From: Mobula hypostoma
Taxonomy: Eukaryota
DNA: 64,000 nucleotides
NCBI RefSeq assembly: GCF_963921235.1
Contig: NC_086097.1
Span: 209,376,001-209,440,000 of the forward strand
Reading direction: 5' to 3'
Shown here: positions 38,101-50,264 of the stretch, piece after piece
Numbering within the stretch: position 1 is the stretch's first letter
Layout of the letters: each line of letters begins with the position of its first letter
The notes under the pieces: generated by a model
Database searches by the model: none
What the model saw: only the letters and a program-made list of their open reading frames with translations
Told to the model about the DNA's origin: nothing
Translations under genes and position numbers: made by a program

Positions 38101-39054
38101 TATGAAATCCCTAGTCTTTCTGAGTAGACAAACCACTAATAGCTTATTACCATGATGCCCAAAATTGTTCTTGAACCAAGCTGATTCAATTTCTCTTATA
38201 AAATTAGTAAATATTTAAATTTTTAATGCATGTAATATGTAACAGGTGAAACTAGTGAAAATAGATTTCCAGGCCTGAATTTTCTTCAAAATTAGATCTT
38301 TAAACTTGAATTGAATTTACATGTTAATTCCCACTTCAGGTGCAGTATTTTGGTTCCATTCCAACTTGGAATCAGAAGTACATTTGAAACACAGATAGAT
38401 CGGAAACCATAGATGGAAGGTCTGCATCACTTTTCAGGCATGTTGCATATTGAAGTGCATGAAAACCAGACCCATTTTTAATTACTTCATGTTTAAGCAA
38501 ATCCCAAGAAACTGCCATATTGACATCTGCTTACACAGCAGGTCTTTACGTAACATTTACATGTTATATACAGATGACACTGAAATAAGCTGTTCAGTCC
38601 AGCCAATCATTTTCAGTGCTTAACCCTAATATGAGTAGTAATCTGTGTTCCATTTGCTCAAATTTATTCATTCCAATATCAATCCTTGATCAAATCTTTA
38701 AAAAAAATGACAAAAAAACCTCAGATTCAAAATGTGAAGAATACACTTTTATTTATTGTTTTACACATCTATAAGATAGCTAAAAATGCTCAACATCCAA
38801 AATATTTTGAATTCTTTTTCTTGTTATAATGGAGACACTAGTCATAATTTTGTATTTTTATGCTTTTATATTTCTTCACATTACATAACACTAAAACAAA
38901 ATTGCACATTGTAATCCATATGTGGTCCAATTGAAGTTTGATAGCAATGATGAATAGATAGGGGCAATCACTTCATGAACAGAGTTGGAATAACACAATT
39001 GCCTTGAAATTTCTGAAAATCACATTAAAAGTGTAACCTGCAAGATTTACAAAG

Positions 39055-39268
39055 CACTTCCCCACCTTCTCCTTCATCTGGTTTCACCTGCCAGCTTATT
39101 CTCTTTCCCCTATCCCCCTCTCCCCCCACTTCTTATTCTGGCTTTTTCCCATTCCCCCTTCCTTTCCAGACCTGCTGAATGGTCTTAGGCCGAAATATTG
39201 ACTGTTTATTCCTCTCCATAGGCCCTACCTCACTTGTTGAGTTCCTCCAGTATTTTGTGCGTGTTGTC
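39055..39268 (+). mobile_element. Penelope 3' end with decayed hammerhead
   Basis: Reverse complement of about 5390-5560. The core reads CTGCTGA...CCGAAATATTGACTG (mutated). Confidence 0.7.
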
Positions 39269-39866
39269 ATAAAGGGCTTTTCCTAAATAAAAAATTACCC
39301 ATTATCAAATATTTTGCATTTGTGGCTTTCATAGCAAACAAAAGTTGCAACAATGATAAATCGATTCCATAGCACAAAACAAATATTAATTTGTAGGAGA
39401 AGCACTGATATGGAAATATAAATAACAATATTTATCAAGCATTTAATTTAAATGTCTTCAGATTTCATTTATGTCATATGTTATATAACATTCGGCTTTG
39501 TGTAAATTGGCCTCAAGTCAATGTTCTTTCTCTTGAGTTCTCCACTCAGTTAAATAATACTTGTATTAAGATATCTGGGCATTTGTAACTGGTAACAATG
39601 AATTTACTTTATGAAGTACGTAGTCATAATATAAGTCAACTTCTTAAAAATTAGAAATTATAGCTGAAATGAAATAAAAACAGTCAAACATTTAAATTCA
39701 AGGAAATTTACAATGAATTCAATTTGCAATGAAGCCAAAGGAGACAGATATCTCAAACAAATTGTTCTTTTTTAAGCTGGATAAATTAAAATCAGATTCA
39801 ATTAAATATATGTTTTTTAATATCCGACTGAAAATGCTCAGTAATTTAATTTGTATTTGTTTTTAG

Positions 39867-40051
39867 GTGAAAGACTTGTTGCCAGTGCCAAGAACTTGTT
39901 ACAGAATTTGTCAGATGTATGGATAATGACAATCTCAAGCTCAAATTTGAAAATAGATCATGGTCCAGTGCAAGTAATAATTACTATTTATGGTAAAGAT
40001 GGGCAAAGAAAAATCCCAGTTGGTATTCAAGATGAAACAACACAAGTGAAG
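39867..40051 (+). CDS. PLAT/LH2-repeat protein, visible exon 5 (linker plus first half of a divergent PLAT)
   Basis: Acceptor tttttAG, donor GTgaat, phase 1-0. Reads (G)ERLVASAKNLLQNLSDVWIMTISSS...VIITIYGKDGQRKIPV...QVK. Confidence 0.85.
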
Positions 40052-40650
40052 GTGAATTTATTTTACTCTCTTATGTGTTGTTTCCTTCTTCCTGATTCTC
40101 TTCATACCTTTCTGAAACACATATGCACAGTGAGGGGTGAATTGTCCAGTGGTGAACGTTGACAGGACATTTGTTCATTAGGTCTAAGTACATCCTCCTC
40201 GAAGCTAAAGGTAGCACAGAAGAAGTGGTAATAGCTGAACAATTTGGGCAACTGGACTAATACCTGGAAGAGGTGGTTGTCACATGAGGAAAAGTTGGAC
40301 AGGGTAGACTTAAATTGTGAGAGTTTTGGAGAGTGAGAGACAACTTAATTGAAACATTAAAGAGTCTGATTGATGTGTATGTGAGAAGTTTGTTTCCTCT
40401 TGCGCGAGAATCTGGAATTAAAGAGTCATTGGTTAAAAATAAGGTGCAGTCTTTTCTCAACAGTGATTAGTTGATTTTATTTCACTCTGAGGGTGCTGAG
40501 TCATTAAAACTCTCTTACTCAAAAGGCAGCAGAGTCTCTGAGTATTTTTAAGACAGGAGTAATGAAATCTTTTACAAGGAACTGTGTAAAAGGTAATCAC
40601 ATGCAGACAGGATTGTGGAGGTGAGATTACAGTGATATCATTGAATGGCA

Positions 40651-41513
40651 CTCTTTGTCACATGGTGTGAGCAGAATTATCTGCAGCTTAATGTGAAAAA
40701 GACTAAGGAGCTGGTGGTAGACCTGAGGAGAGCTAAGGTACCGGTGACCCCTGTTTCCATCCAGGGGGTCAGTGTGGACATGGTGGAGGATTACAAATAC
40801 CTGGGGATACGAATTGACAATAAACTGGACTGGTCTAAGAACACTGAGGCTGTCTACAAGAAGGGTCAGAGCCGTCTCTATTTCCTGAGGAGACTGAGGT
40901 CCTTTAACATCTGCCGGACGATGCTGAGGATGTTCTACGAGTCTGTGGTGGCCAGCGCTATCATGTTTGCTGTTGTGTGCTGGGGCAGCAGGCTGAGGGT
41001 AGCAGACACCAACAGAATCAACAAACTCATTCGTAAGGCCAGTGATGTTGTGGGGATGGAACTGGACTTTCTCACGGTGGTGTCTGAAAAGAGGATGCTG
41101 TCTAAGTTGCATGCCATCTTGGTCAATGTCTCCCATCCACTACATAATGTACTGGGTGGGCACAGGAGTACATTCAGCCTAAGACTCATTCCTCCAAGAT
41201 GCAGCACAGAGCATCATAGGAAGTCATTCCTGCCTGTGGCCATCAAACTTTACAACTCCTCCCTTGGAGGGTCAGACACCCTGAGCCGATAGGCTGGTCC
41301 TGGACTTATTTCATAATTTACTGGCATAATTTACATATTACTATTTAACTATTTATTACTATTCTATTACTACTTATTATTTCCATGACTATTACTATTT
41401 ACTATTTACTAATAGTAGTATTACTATTACTGTTTCTATTACTATTTATTATTTATGGGGCAACTGTAATGAAACCCAATTTCCCCCAGGATCAATAAAG
41501 TATGACTATGACT
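40651..41513 (+). mobile_element. Young Rex1-type LINE 3' part (open 215-codon frame), abutting a degenerate CR1 end (about 40160-40650)
   Basis: WCEQNYLQLNVKKTKELVVDLRR..YKYLG..KKGQSRLYFLRRLRSF..FYESVVAS. Low-complexity TAT-rich UTR and AATAAAGTATGACTATGACT tail. Confidence 0.9.
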
Positions 41514-41795
41514 GTTGTATTTCATAAATTCATATTGTCTAACAAGATAAAAATGTGGGATTTCTCCTCTCTAACCTAGAATTACTGACACCAAACATAA
41601 AACTTATATCATCACATAGCCGAGATTAGCTAATTTGTCAGAGGCCAATACTAATAATGGCTCAGCTACTAATAAATAAAGTTGTGTGAAATGGGGAGCC
41701 CATTATTTTTATGTTAATGCATTTGCACATTCCTGTTTATTTCTAATAAACTGTGTTGATCATGAAGACTTGCTTTTATCCCTTTTATTTTGTAG

Positions 41796-42006
41796 GCTGA
41801 ACTGGCAGGTGTGGGGATAATTTTTAAGCTCCGTGTCAGTCCCAAACCTGGTGTCCTGAAGCAACCATGGAAATTAGATTTGATCAATATGAAACAGACT
41901 TCTAATAAGGCAGAGCTCTGGTTTGCTTTTAACTGGTGGATTAAACCAAATACTATACAGGGGCGGGAGCTCCCTGCACTGAATCCTATGGAAGATCCTC
42001 TTCCTG
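41796..42006 (+). CDS. PLAT/LH2-repeat protein, visible exon 6
   Basis: Acceptor ttttgtAG, donor GTaaga, phase 0-1. Reads AELAGVGIIFKLRVS...WKLDLINMK...FAFNWWIK...RELPALNPMEDPLP. Confidence 0.9.
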
Positions 42007-43602
42007 GTAAGAAAAGATCAGTCTAACTTCCTTTATTATCAACTTTTTCTTCATTGCCATTGCTTAGTGGTAACAATTGATATACAGGCCGTGGTTAGCT
42101 TCCACATTCTCTTCCCAACAAGCAACTGCAAATGAGTTTATAGTTACAAACCAGTGGCAAGTTTTATTTCTTTTGTGGGCTCTTGAGCTAATTGTCTATG
42201 TGTGACAGTATTTTTTGTCATGTGGAAGGCCTGTGTACTAAAAAAAAATTCATTTAGTTTGTACAAATCTGCAGCGATAAAACTTGTGTCACTCTAGATC
42301 CCAAGAGTTATTGTTTTTCATCCGCTTTATGACTGAAAGTGGAGTCAGTCAGACATAAGCTTCCCTACATTTATAATACAGATGTAGAATCAGAGAATTG
42401 AAATGACACTAATAGAAGCCACACTACCCACTGAGTTGATGTCAGAGAAAAAAAATGGCCCTATACTTCAATGGGATTTAAACTTACATCAGTCTTCTGG
42501 ATTGTAAGCCGAGCAACTTTATCAGTAAACAGTGGAGAAAATATTTATCTTTCCTGTTCTTAATACCTGCTATGTTTCCCCTCCAACGCTCTCTCCCACC
42601 CACACACCAACCTCCACTGCTACCCCATCACTGGATGCAGCCTCCTGGGTAGTTTATCTTTCACATCAAGACAATCACAGCAGTTTCTTTCAAAGCATAA
42701 ATAGCTGGAAATCCTCATAATGTCTGTCCACAATTGTGAGAAACAGTTTTGGTTTAATGCAGGCATCTTATGGAAGTGTCAATGCATCTAAGTGGGCCAT
42801 GGGGGAGGGGATGTGACAAAGTTCAAAAAGGAAGGGGTAGAAAGTTGTTTCACAGGACTAGATATGGGCTTCTGCACTCTGCCTCAAGGCAAGCTACAAC
42901 AACTGAAGACCCCCACACATTTCTTAAATGAGACATGCTCAGTGCTTGCAGACACTGTCAGAGACACTGCACAGACATGGTAACAGGCACATTGATCCTC
43001 AGATGCTGACCTGACCTAGAACTATGGGATGTAAACCAGAAGAGATATCCTGCACTCTCCAGAATCCTAGTCCACTTTGAGTGGAGAGGTGATAGCCAGC
43101 TTTGTTACAGCAAGTTCATGGTCCCAAAGCAAGGTGAAGGTTAATAGACTCGTGCGTGTTCAAGATTAGTCAACAGTGACAAATTCTATTGATTGCTAGC
43201 TGCAAGACCACACTCAAAAGTTCAAAGTTCAAAGTAAAGTTTATTATCAGATTGCATACCTGTCACCACATACAACCCTGAGATTCTTTTTCTTGTGGGC
43301 ATACCCAGCAAATCTATAGAACAGTAACTGTAAACAGGAACAATGGACAGCAAACTGTGTAAATGGAAATACAAATAAATAGCAACAAATAACGAGAATG
43401 AAATAACATGAAATGATAGAGCATGAAATAACAAGATAATGAGATGATTAGCTGAGGGAACACCAGAAATAGAATGAATGTAGTTATCCCCCTTTGTTCG
43501 AGAGCCTGATGGTTGAGGGGTTGTAACTGTTCTTGAACGTGATGGTACGAGTCCTGATGCACTTGTACTTCTACCTGATGGCAGGAGCGAGAAAAGAGCA
43601 TG

Positions 43603-44579
43603 CACGAGGAAATCTGCCTTGTCCTCACCTACCACTCACCAGCCTCCTGGTCCAACATATAATTCTCCGTAACTTCCGCCACCTCCAACGCGATCCCACC
43701 ACTAAGCACATCTTTCCCTCCCCGCCTCTGCTTTCCACAGGATTGCTCCCTACGCGAATCCCTTGTCCATTCGTCCCCCCGCACCCCTCCCCACCGATCT
43801 CCCTCCTGCCACTTATCCTTGTAAGCGGAACAAGTGCTACACATGCCCTTACCCTTCCGCCCTCACTACCATTCAGGGCCCCAGACAGTCCTTCCAGGTG
43901 AGGCGACACTTCACCTGTGAGTCGGCTGGGGTGATATACTGCGTCCGGTGCTCCCGATGAGGCCTTCTATATATTGGTGAGACTCGACACAGACTGGGAG
44001 ATCATTTTGCTGAACACCTACGCTCTGTCCACCAGAGAAAGCAGGATCTCCCAGTGGCCACATATTTTAATTCCATGTCCCATTCCCATTCTGATATGTC
44101 TATCCACGGCCTCCTCTACTGTAAAGATGAAGCCACACTCAGGTACACCTTATATTTCATCTGGGTAGCCTCCAACCTGGTGGCATGAACATTGACTTCT
44201 CTAACTTCCGCTAATGCCCCACCTCCCCCTCGTACCCCATCTGTTATTTATTTTTCTCTCTCCTCTTTCTCCCTCTGTCCCTCTCACTATACCGCTTGCC
44301 CATCCTCTGGGCTTCCCCCCACCTTTTCTTTCTCCCTGGACCTCCTGTCCCATGATCCTCTCATATCCCTTTTGCCAATCAACTGTCCAGCTCTTGGCTC
44401 CATCCCTCCCCGTCCTGTCTTCTCCTATCATTTTGGATCTTCCCCTCCCCCTCCCACTTTCAAATCTCTTACTAACTCTTCCTTCAGTTAGTCCTGACGA
44501 AGGGTCTCGGCCCAAAACGTCAGCTGTGCCTTTTCCTAGAGATGCTGCCTGGCCTGCTGCGTTCACCAGCAACTTTTAT
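43603..44579 (+). mobile_element. 5'-truncated Neptune-type Penelope copy
   Basis: Perfect 14-bp target duplication GAGAAAAGAGCATG (43589-43602, 44580-44593). Reads YPCKRNKCYTCPY...FTCESAGVIYCVRCSR*GLLYIGET. Confidence 0.95.
44490..44525 (+). ncRNA. Mutated hammerhead motif, probably inactive
   Basis: AGTC-CTGACGA-AGGGTCTCGGCCC-AAAA-CGTC-AGCT. Catalytic G12 is changed to A and helix I is disrupted. Confidence 0.5.
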
Positions 44580-45904
44580 GAGAAAAGAGCATGGCCTGGA
44601 TGGTGAGGATCTTTGATAATGAATGCTGCTTTTCTATGCAACATTTCATGTAGATGTGTTCAATATTTGCAAGGGATTTACCCGGATGTACTGGGCCGAA
44701 TCCATTACCTTTTATAGGATTTTATGTTCAAAGGCATTGGTGTTCCCATACCAGGCCATTATGCAGCCAGTCGGCACATTTTCCAGCACACATCTGTCGA
44801 GGTTTGCTAAGGTTTTTGATGATATGCTGAATCTCCGCAGACTCCAAAGTAAGTTGTGCTTTCTTTGCAATTATATGATGGGTCCAGCACAGGTCCTCTA
44901 AGATAGTGATACCAGGAATTTAAAGTTACTGACCCTCTCCACCTTGGATCCTCTGATGAGTACTGGCTCATGGACCATTGGTTTCCCTCTCCTGAAGTTT
45001 ACAATCAGTTCTGTGGTCCTGCTGATATTGGTGAGAGGTTGTTGTTATGACACCACTGAGCTAAGTTTTCAGTCTCCCTCCTGTATGCTGATTCATCACA
45101 GCTTCATCAGTCACCCAAATTAGCCTCCCTTAATCAACACCCCAATTCTACAACCAAAACCAATTCACGTACATCCCTACCCACATCACCTCACATATCA
45201 GCTGTTCAACCGTGGCAATCCGATCACATAGAGCAACACACTCAGATGCACAAATATCTGTAGTGGGAGACACTGGGTAACCACCCACCGACTGCAGCAG
45301 CACACAGTGGTGGGATCTACAACTGTTGAATGTCTACATATTTACTCAGAATGCACAGGTAGTGCTATGAAACGCAGAGGTGGTTGCCACAGCTATACTG
45401 ACAGATAATCCTTCTTCTCACTTACCATTAGCTCTCATTCCGCAATCTCACCTGGCATTCCAAATTTTGGCTGATTTAAGCCCCTTTGCTTCAGATGGTC
45501 ATAGGAACATACTTCTCTCATTTAGGTAACCCAAGTATTGCCAGCTGTCTAGGCCCTGCTGAATGAGCCATCACACATAAAAAAGGTGTGTGATGCCATC
45601 TTCACTCGTTTGATATTCTCACCACTTGGATTCTGCTATTCTATGTACCGCAAAGGGTGGTAGGAATATGCGTGTGTTGAATTACCAGGTGTAAGTGGAC
45701 TGCAGTCAGGCCAGAGAGAAAGGCTGGTTAATGAGTCAGCTACCTGGAAGATGAGGTCATACTTCCGCTTCTTTAATCTGCAACGTTTTGTAGAATTCAG
45801 CCTGAAGTGATCTAGCACCCAAACCTCGATCCGAGAACCCTAATGTCTACCTCCACCAAATGCAGACCAGCAAGCTGCCTGATCTCATGGAATGCATCGT
45901 AAGG

Positions 45905-46560
45905 TCAAAATCAAAGTCATATGCATAAGTACTTCTGTGCACAGGTGCAATGCAATAAGCAGTGTTCATAAGTAAAATACAAATTAGAATCAGAGTCAGG
46001 TTCGTTGTCACTGACATTAGTCATGAAGTTGGTTGTTTTGAGGTAGCAGTATAGAGCAGGTATAACAAGTTACTATATTACAATAATAATAAATAGTTAA
46101 ATAGTGCAAGAGAAGAATAGTGAGGTACTGCTCATGGGTTCAAGGAATGTTCAGAAATTTGATGACAGAGGGGAAGGAGCTGTTCTTAAAATGTTAAGTG
46201 TGGGTTTTCCACCTCCCTGATGGTAGTAGTGAGAAGATAGTGTGACTCGGATGGTGAGAGTCCATAATGTCATCTTCTTGAGGCACCACCTTTTGATGAC
46301 GTCCTCCATGGTGGAAGCCTTGTGGTGATGATTGAGCTAGCTGACGCCTCTTTCAATTCTGTGTATTGAAGCAACCAGTCAAAATTATGCACAATCCTAA
46401 CGAGAATGAACACAATTAGGGCAAAATAAGTCAACTGTGGTGCAAAATGGTCTTAGTACTGCTATACTGACCTCATGATTAGGTTCAAGAGCCAAATGGT
46501 TGAAGGGAAATAGTTGTTTTTGAACCAAGTGGTGTGTAACTTCAGGCTTCTGTAACTCAT
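45905..46560 (-). mobile_element. Stacked degenerate Rex1-type 3' ends
   Basis: AGAATCAGAGTCAGGTT..., GATGACAGAGGGGAAGGAGCTGTTCTT..CCTCCCTGATGG, matching 30940-31330. Confidence 0.6.
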
Positions 46561-48454
46561 GGCACGAAGAGTACACTGTGTCTTCCAGTGTACCCTTGGG
46601 TTAATCGCCTGAGGGGAACAGGATTTCATGCTGGCTGGTAAGGTCTTGCCTTCCTGCCTTCATCATTGGTCCCAGCTCTGAATAGCACAGGTAGGTGGTG
46701 AGTCACCAGCCGTAGGCTTGCTGGCCATGATAAGGTCCTGCCTTCCAGTTCAACAGAACACTAATTTGTGACAAGGTTGCGATCACCTCAGACTCCTGCA
46801 CTCTCTTTAGCTTTTCTCGTGAACAGCAGCTCATTTTCAGTTCTGGGGCCTTTTGTTGTAGCTGTTCAAGTGGAAGTTGAGATGAGAGAATCATGTGGTC
46901 TTGGTTTGAGATGAGCATATAAGAGGGGCACATTTAAACCATTTGAATTTTATAAGCCTGGCAGAGGGAAAATGTCTCCACAGCTCAGTCTCATCCACAA
47001 AGGTGTAAAGGCCTGATCCTGTCACTGTACTGCCTTACTTTCAGCAGAGACAGCAGCCCATACGTTTACAGCAGTGCTGGGATAGTGGAGAGGTGCCCTT
47101 CACGGGCTGACTCCCAAGCGTATTAATGGGCTATTTGTGAATTTAGCATTAGCAAGGTAAATGCAGCATTGCTTTCTGAAAACACACTAGTTTCTGTGGA
47201 ATAATCATGAACAAATATGTTGTACAAGTGCAGTGCAGAATCAGTCACCAAGGTGACTGAGCTAGTTTTTAAGAAAAAGCTTATGGAAAGATCATAACCT
47301 TTCCAATCAGCAGGTGTTGTCATCTATTATCACAACCTCATCCAGCCAACCATCAATAGTGAATGCCACCAGGGAACCCCCTCACTGGTCTGCCTGGATC
47401 TGTTGTAAATAGAATAATCTTTCTCAGCTGGCTGGGGCCAATAGATAATAATAAAGTCTGCTGAGCAATCTATATTGTCTTTAGCAGTTTCCTAAGACCT
47501 CATGCTTAGACATAAATAAAGAAGAACTTGACCTTGATTTAACTATCCATTTCAGCCCTGTGTATAATCCCAACAGATTCTGCTACATTATCTAAAAAAC
47601 AACATTAAGGTGGTCATGTTTCCCAGTACCATATTGAAGACCTAAATCGACACTTAGTAATTTTGGTAAAGATGACTGATGTGGAAATTGAAAACAAACC
47701 ACTTATGGAGAAGAATTTGCCCTTGAGCTTGGGCAGGAGACAATTTTACATAGCTTTTAACTGAACACTATCTAATCTTCACTCAACAATGTCTCAATTG
47801 GCAGCAATATTTCTTCGCATTTGTACTAAGTTCACTCCAGTTCAATAAACATAATAGAATAACAGTCATTCAATCATTCACCTCTGAAAACAGCACATCC
47901 ATCATTGCACACATTGTTGTTATTGGGTTGTTTGGTCTCGGGAAATGAAATAGTAAACCTTGAGTGATTATATATACCACCATAGAATCTAAGCGGTCCT
48001 TCACTTTGACAGCAAATCAAAATGCCTCAATTTAGCAAAATGTCTGGATTTGTCATCCAGCATGATGGATCATTGCGAACCTTTAGAATTTATAAGGTTT
48101 CCTCACTCTTTCATGAGAATAATTTAATTCCAACTCAAAACGGCAAGATGTGCATGCCAGGTTCATTCATCAGTTCAGAAACATTCAGGGAAAGTGAAGA
48201 CAGTCACACCTACTTCTTAGAAATTCTTTGAAGGGAGGAGAAAGCAGAAAATAAATTTTAACAGACTCATCTAAGTTATATTAATTATTTGCATGCAACA
48301 TACCGATTTAAACCGCAAAACAACACCCATTCCAAGTGTTTTATGCTCTCCATGCTTTCAGTCTGGTGACAGGAAACACGGACTCCTTATGTTTTCCCCA
48401 CAATACTGGATTAGTAAAATTCATTGCTCATAAAGTTAAATGTCATTAACTCAT

Positions 48455-49465
48455 GGAGTGCTAGACTCATACAAGTAAACCGGCCTGTTGGCCCATCAGA
48501 TCCACACTGACAATCAAAGGTTAAAAAAAGTTAAGAGGTTCATTTATTATCGAAGTATACAACTCTGAAATGATTCTTCTCCAGATAGCCATGAAACCAA
48601 GGGAAAAAGAATGGCAACACAATCATCAGTCCCCAAATACCCCCTCCCCCGCACAAAAAAAATGAGAAAGATCAGGTGAAAAACACAGAATATAAAAAAC
48701 TATGATTGAAAAAAAGTGCGTAGTCATTAGTCCATATCCATATCCAAGATGCAGAAAACCCTCAGGAATATCCTCCAGGCACAGCAGCAGGCCACACAGA
48801 CTCTGCTCTTTGGCAGCAGAGTGATCCCACTAGTGATCAAAAGGCAGGCAGCCAGGGCTCACCTTCTGCATTTGCCTCCATGTGTCAGTCTTCCTCGTCA
48901 CTTTAATTGGTGAACAATGGAAGCTTCAATCAGCGAAATGAAGTTGAACATCGGCTCGCACCCCACCCACTCCCCCTCCCCCACAGCTTCCTCACCACGA
49001 GGCTTGGCTCTCTGCTCCCTGAATCCTCTTGGAAATGCAAATCATGGGCAAATCAACAGATACCAAATATCCTTCTGTACTAATTCCGTACTAATCACTA
49101 TTTTATTCTGCTGTGAACTGTTATCAAACACCAATTAACCACTGGGAAAACCCACATGATCGTAGGGACAATATGCAAACTCCATGCAGATAATGTCTTC
49201 ACTCAGAGGGTAGTGCAAGTGTGGAATGAGCTGCCAGTGGAAGTGGTAGATGAAGATTCAATTGTAAAATTTAAGAGGAGTTTAGATAGATATTTGGACA
49301 GGGCAGGTCGGCAGGATATAGCCCAGGTGCACGTAGATGGGACTAAGTCAGATCAGAATGGGCTGATGGGTGTGTTTCTGTGCTACAGTACTCTTTGACA
49401 CCAAAGGTCAGGATTGAACCTATGTCACAAGATTTATGAGGTTACAGTTCTACTAGCTGCTCCCA
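48455..49465 (-). mobile_element. HE1-like SINE broken by a family B element and a CR1 3' fragment (49191-49397, + strand)
   Basis: GGGAAAACCCAC..AGGGACAATATGCAAACTCCATGCAGA and GGTCAGGATTGAACC are reverse complements of the SINE core and B-box. CR1-like tail at 48455-48515. Confidence 0.5.
48516..49060 (-). mobile_element. Non-autonomous retroposon family B, second copy
   Basis: Colinear with 30670-30934 plus 31871-32322 (GGGGTGC.AGCCGATGTTC.ACT.CATTT; GTTTCATGG.TATCTGGAGAAGAA). Confidence 0.75.
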
Positions 49466-49537
49466 ATGTTATAGTGTTATACAGTGAATACTGCTATAGA
49501 TTATAGAAGTTGTAGTATTTAATTACTTATCATAATA

Positions 49538-50130
49538 GGGGTGTTAGCTTTCATAAGTCGAGCGATAGAGTTTAAGAGTCGCAAGGTAATGATGCAGCTC
49601 TATAAAATGCTGGTTAGGTCACACTTGGAGTACTGTGTCCAGTTCTGGTCACCTCACTATAGGAAGGATGTGGAAGCATTGGAAAGGGTACAGAGGAGAT
49701 TTACCAGGATGCTGCCTGGTTTAGAGAGTATGGATTATGATCAGAGATTAAGGGAGCTAGGTCTTTACTCTTTGGAGGAAAGGAGGATGAGAGGAGACAT
49801 AATAGAGGTATACAAGATATTAAGAGGAATAGATAGAGTGGATAGCCAGCACCTCTTCCCCAGGGCACCACTGCTCAATACAAGAGGTAAGGGGTGGGAA
49901 GTTCAAGGGGGATATTAGAGGAAGGTTTTTTACTCAGAGAGTGGCTGGTGTGTGGAATGCACTGCCTGAGTCAGTGGTGGAGGCAGATACACTAGTGAAG
50001 TTTAAGAGACTACTAGACAGGTATATGGAGGAATTTAAGGTGGGGGGTTATATGGGAGGGAGGGTTTGACGGTCAGCACAACATTGTGGGCCAAAGGGCC
50101 TGTACTGTGCTGTACTATTCTATGTTCTAT
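49538..50130 (+). mobile_element. CR1 3' part
   Basis: LYKMLVRSHLEYCVQFWSPHYRKDVEALERVQRRFTRMLPG with a CTATTCTATGTTCTAT tail. Confidence 0.9.
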
Positions 50131-50264
50131 AATATTTTAAAAGAATACAAGTTCTGACTTGTGCACTCTAAGAATTTTGACTATTCTTTTTCCCCCCAGT
50201 GGGCAGGTTAAGGCCAAACTCAGAAAAGAGTGAAAAGTTATTTAAATAACTCCTTCAGCAGTGT

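Larger units (their letters stand above)
43215..45100 (-). mobile_element. Rex1-type LINE 3' part split by a Penelope insertion
   Basis: (TTTGAAC)n tail at 43215-43240. HPGHA|LFSLLPSGR is continuous across the insertion. Confidence 0.85.

Noticed and set aside
40645..41292. 215-aa open frame as a host gene
   Set aside because: It is the C-terminal part of a Rex1 ORF2, followed by the element tail. It is a young insertion, not evidence of domestication.
46690..47620. Possible very old LINE (Vingi/RTE-like) remnant
   Set aside because: Only faint motif echoes with no continuous frame. It cannot be supported without a profile search.
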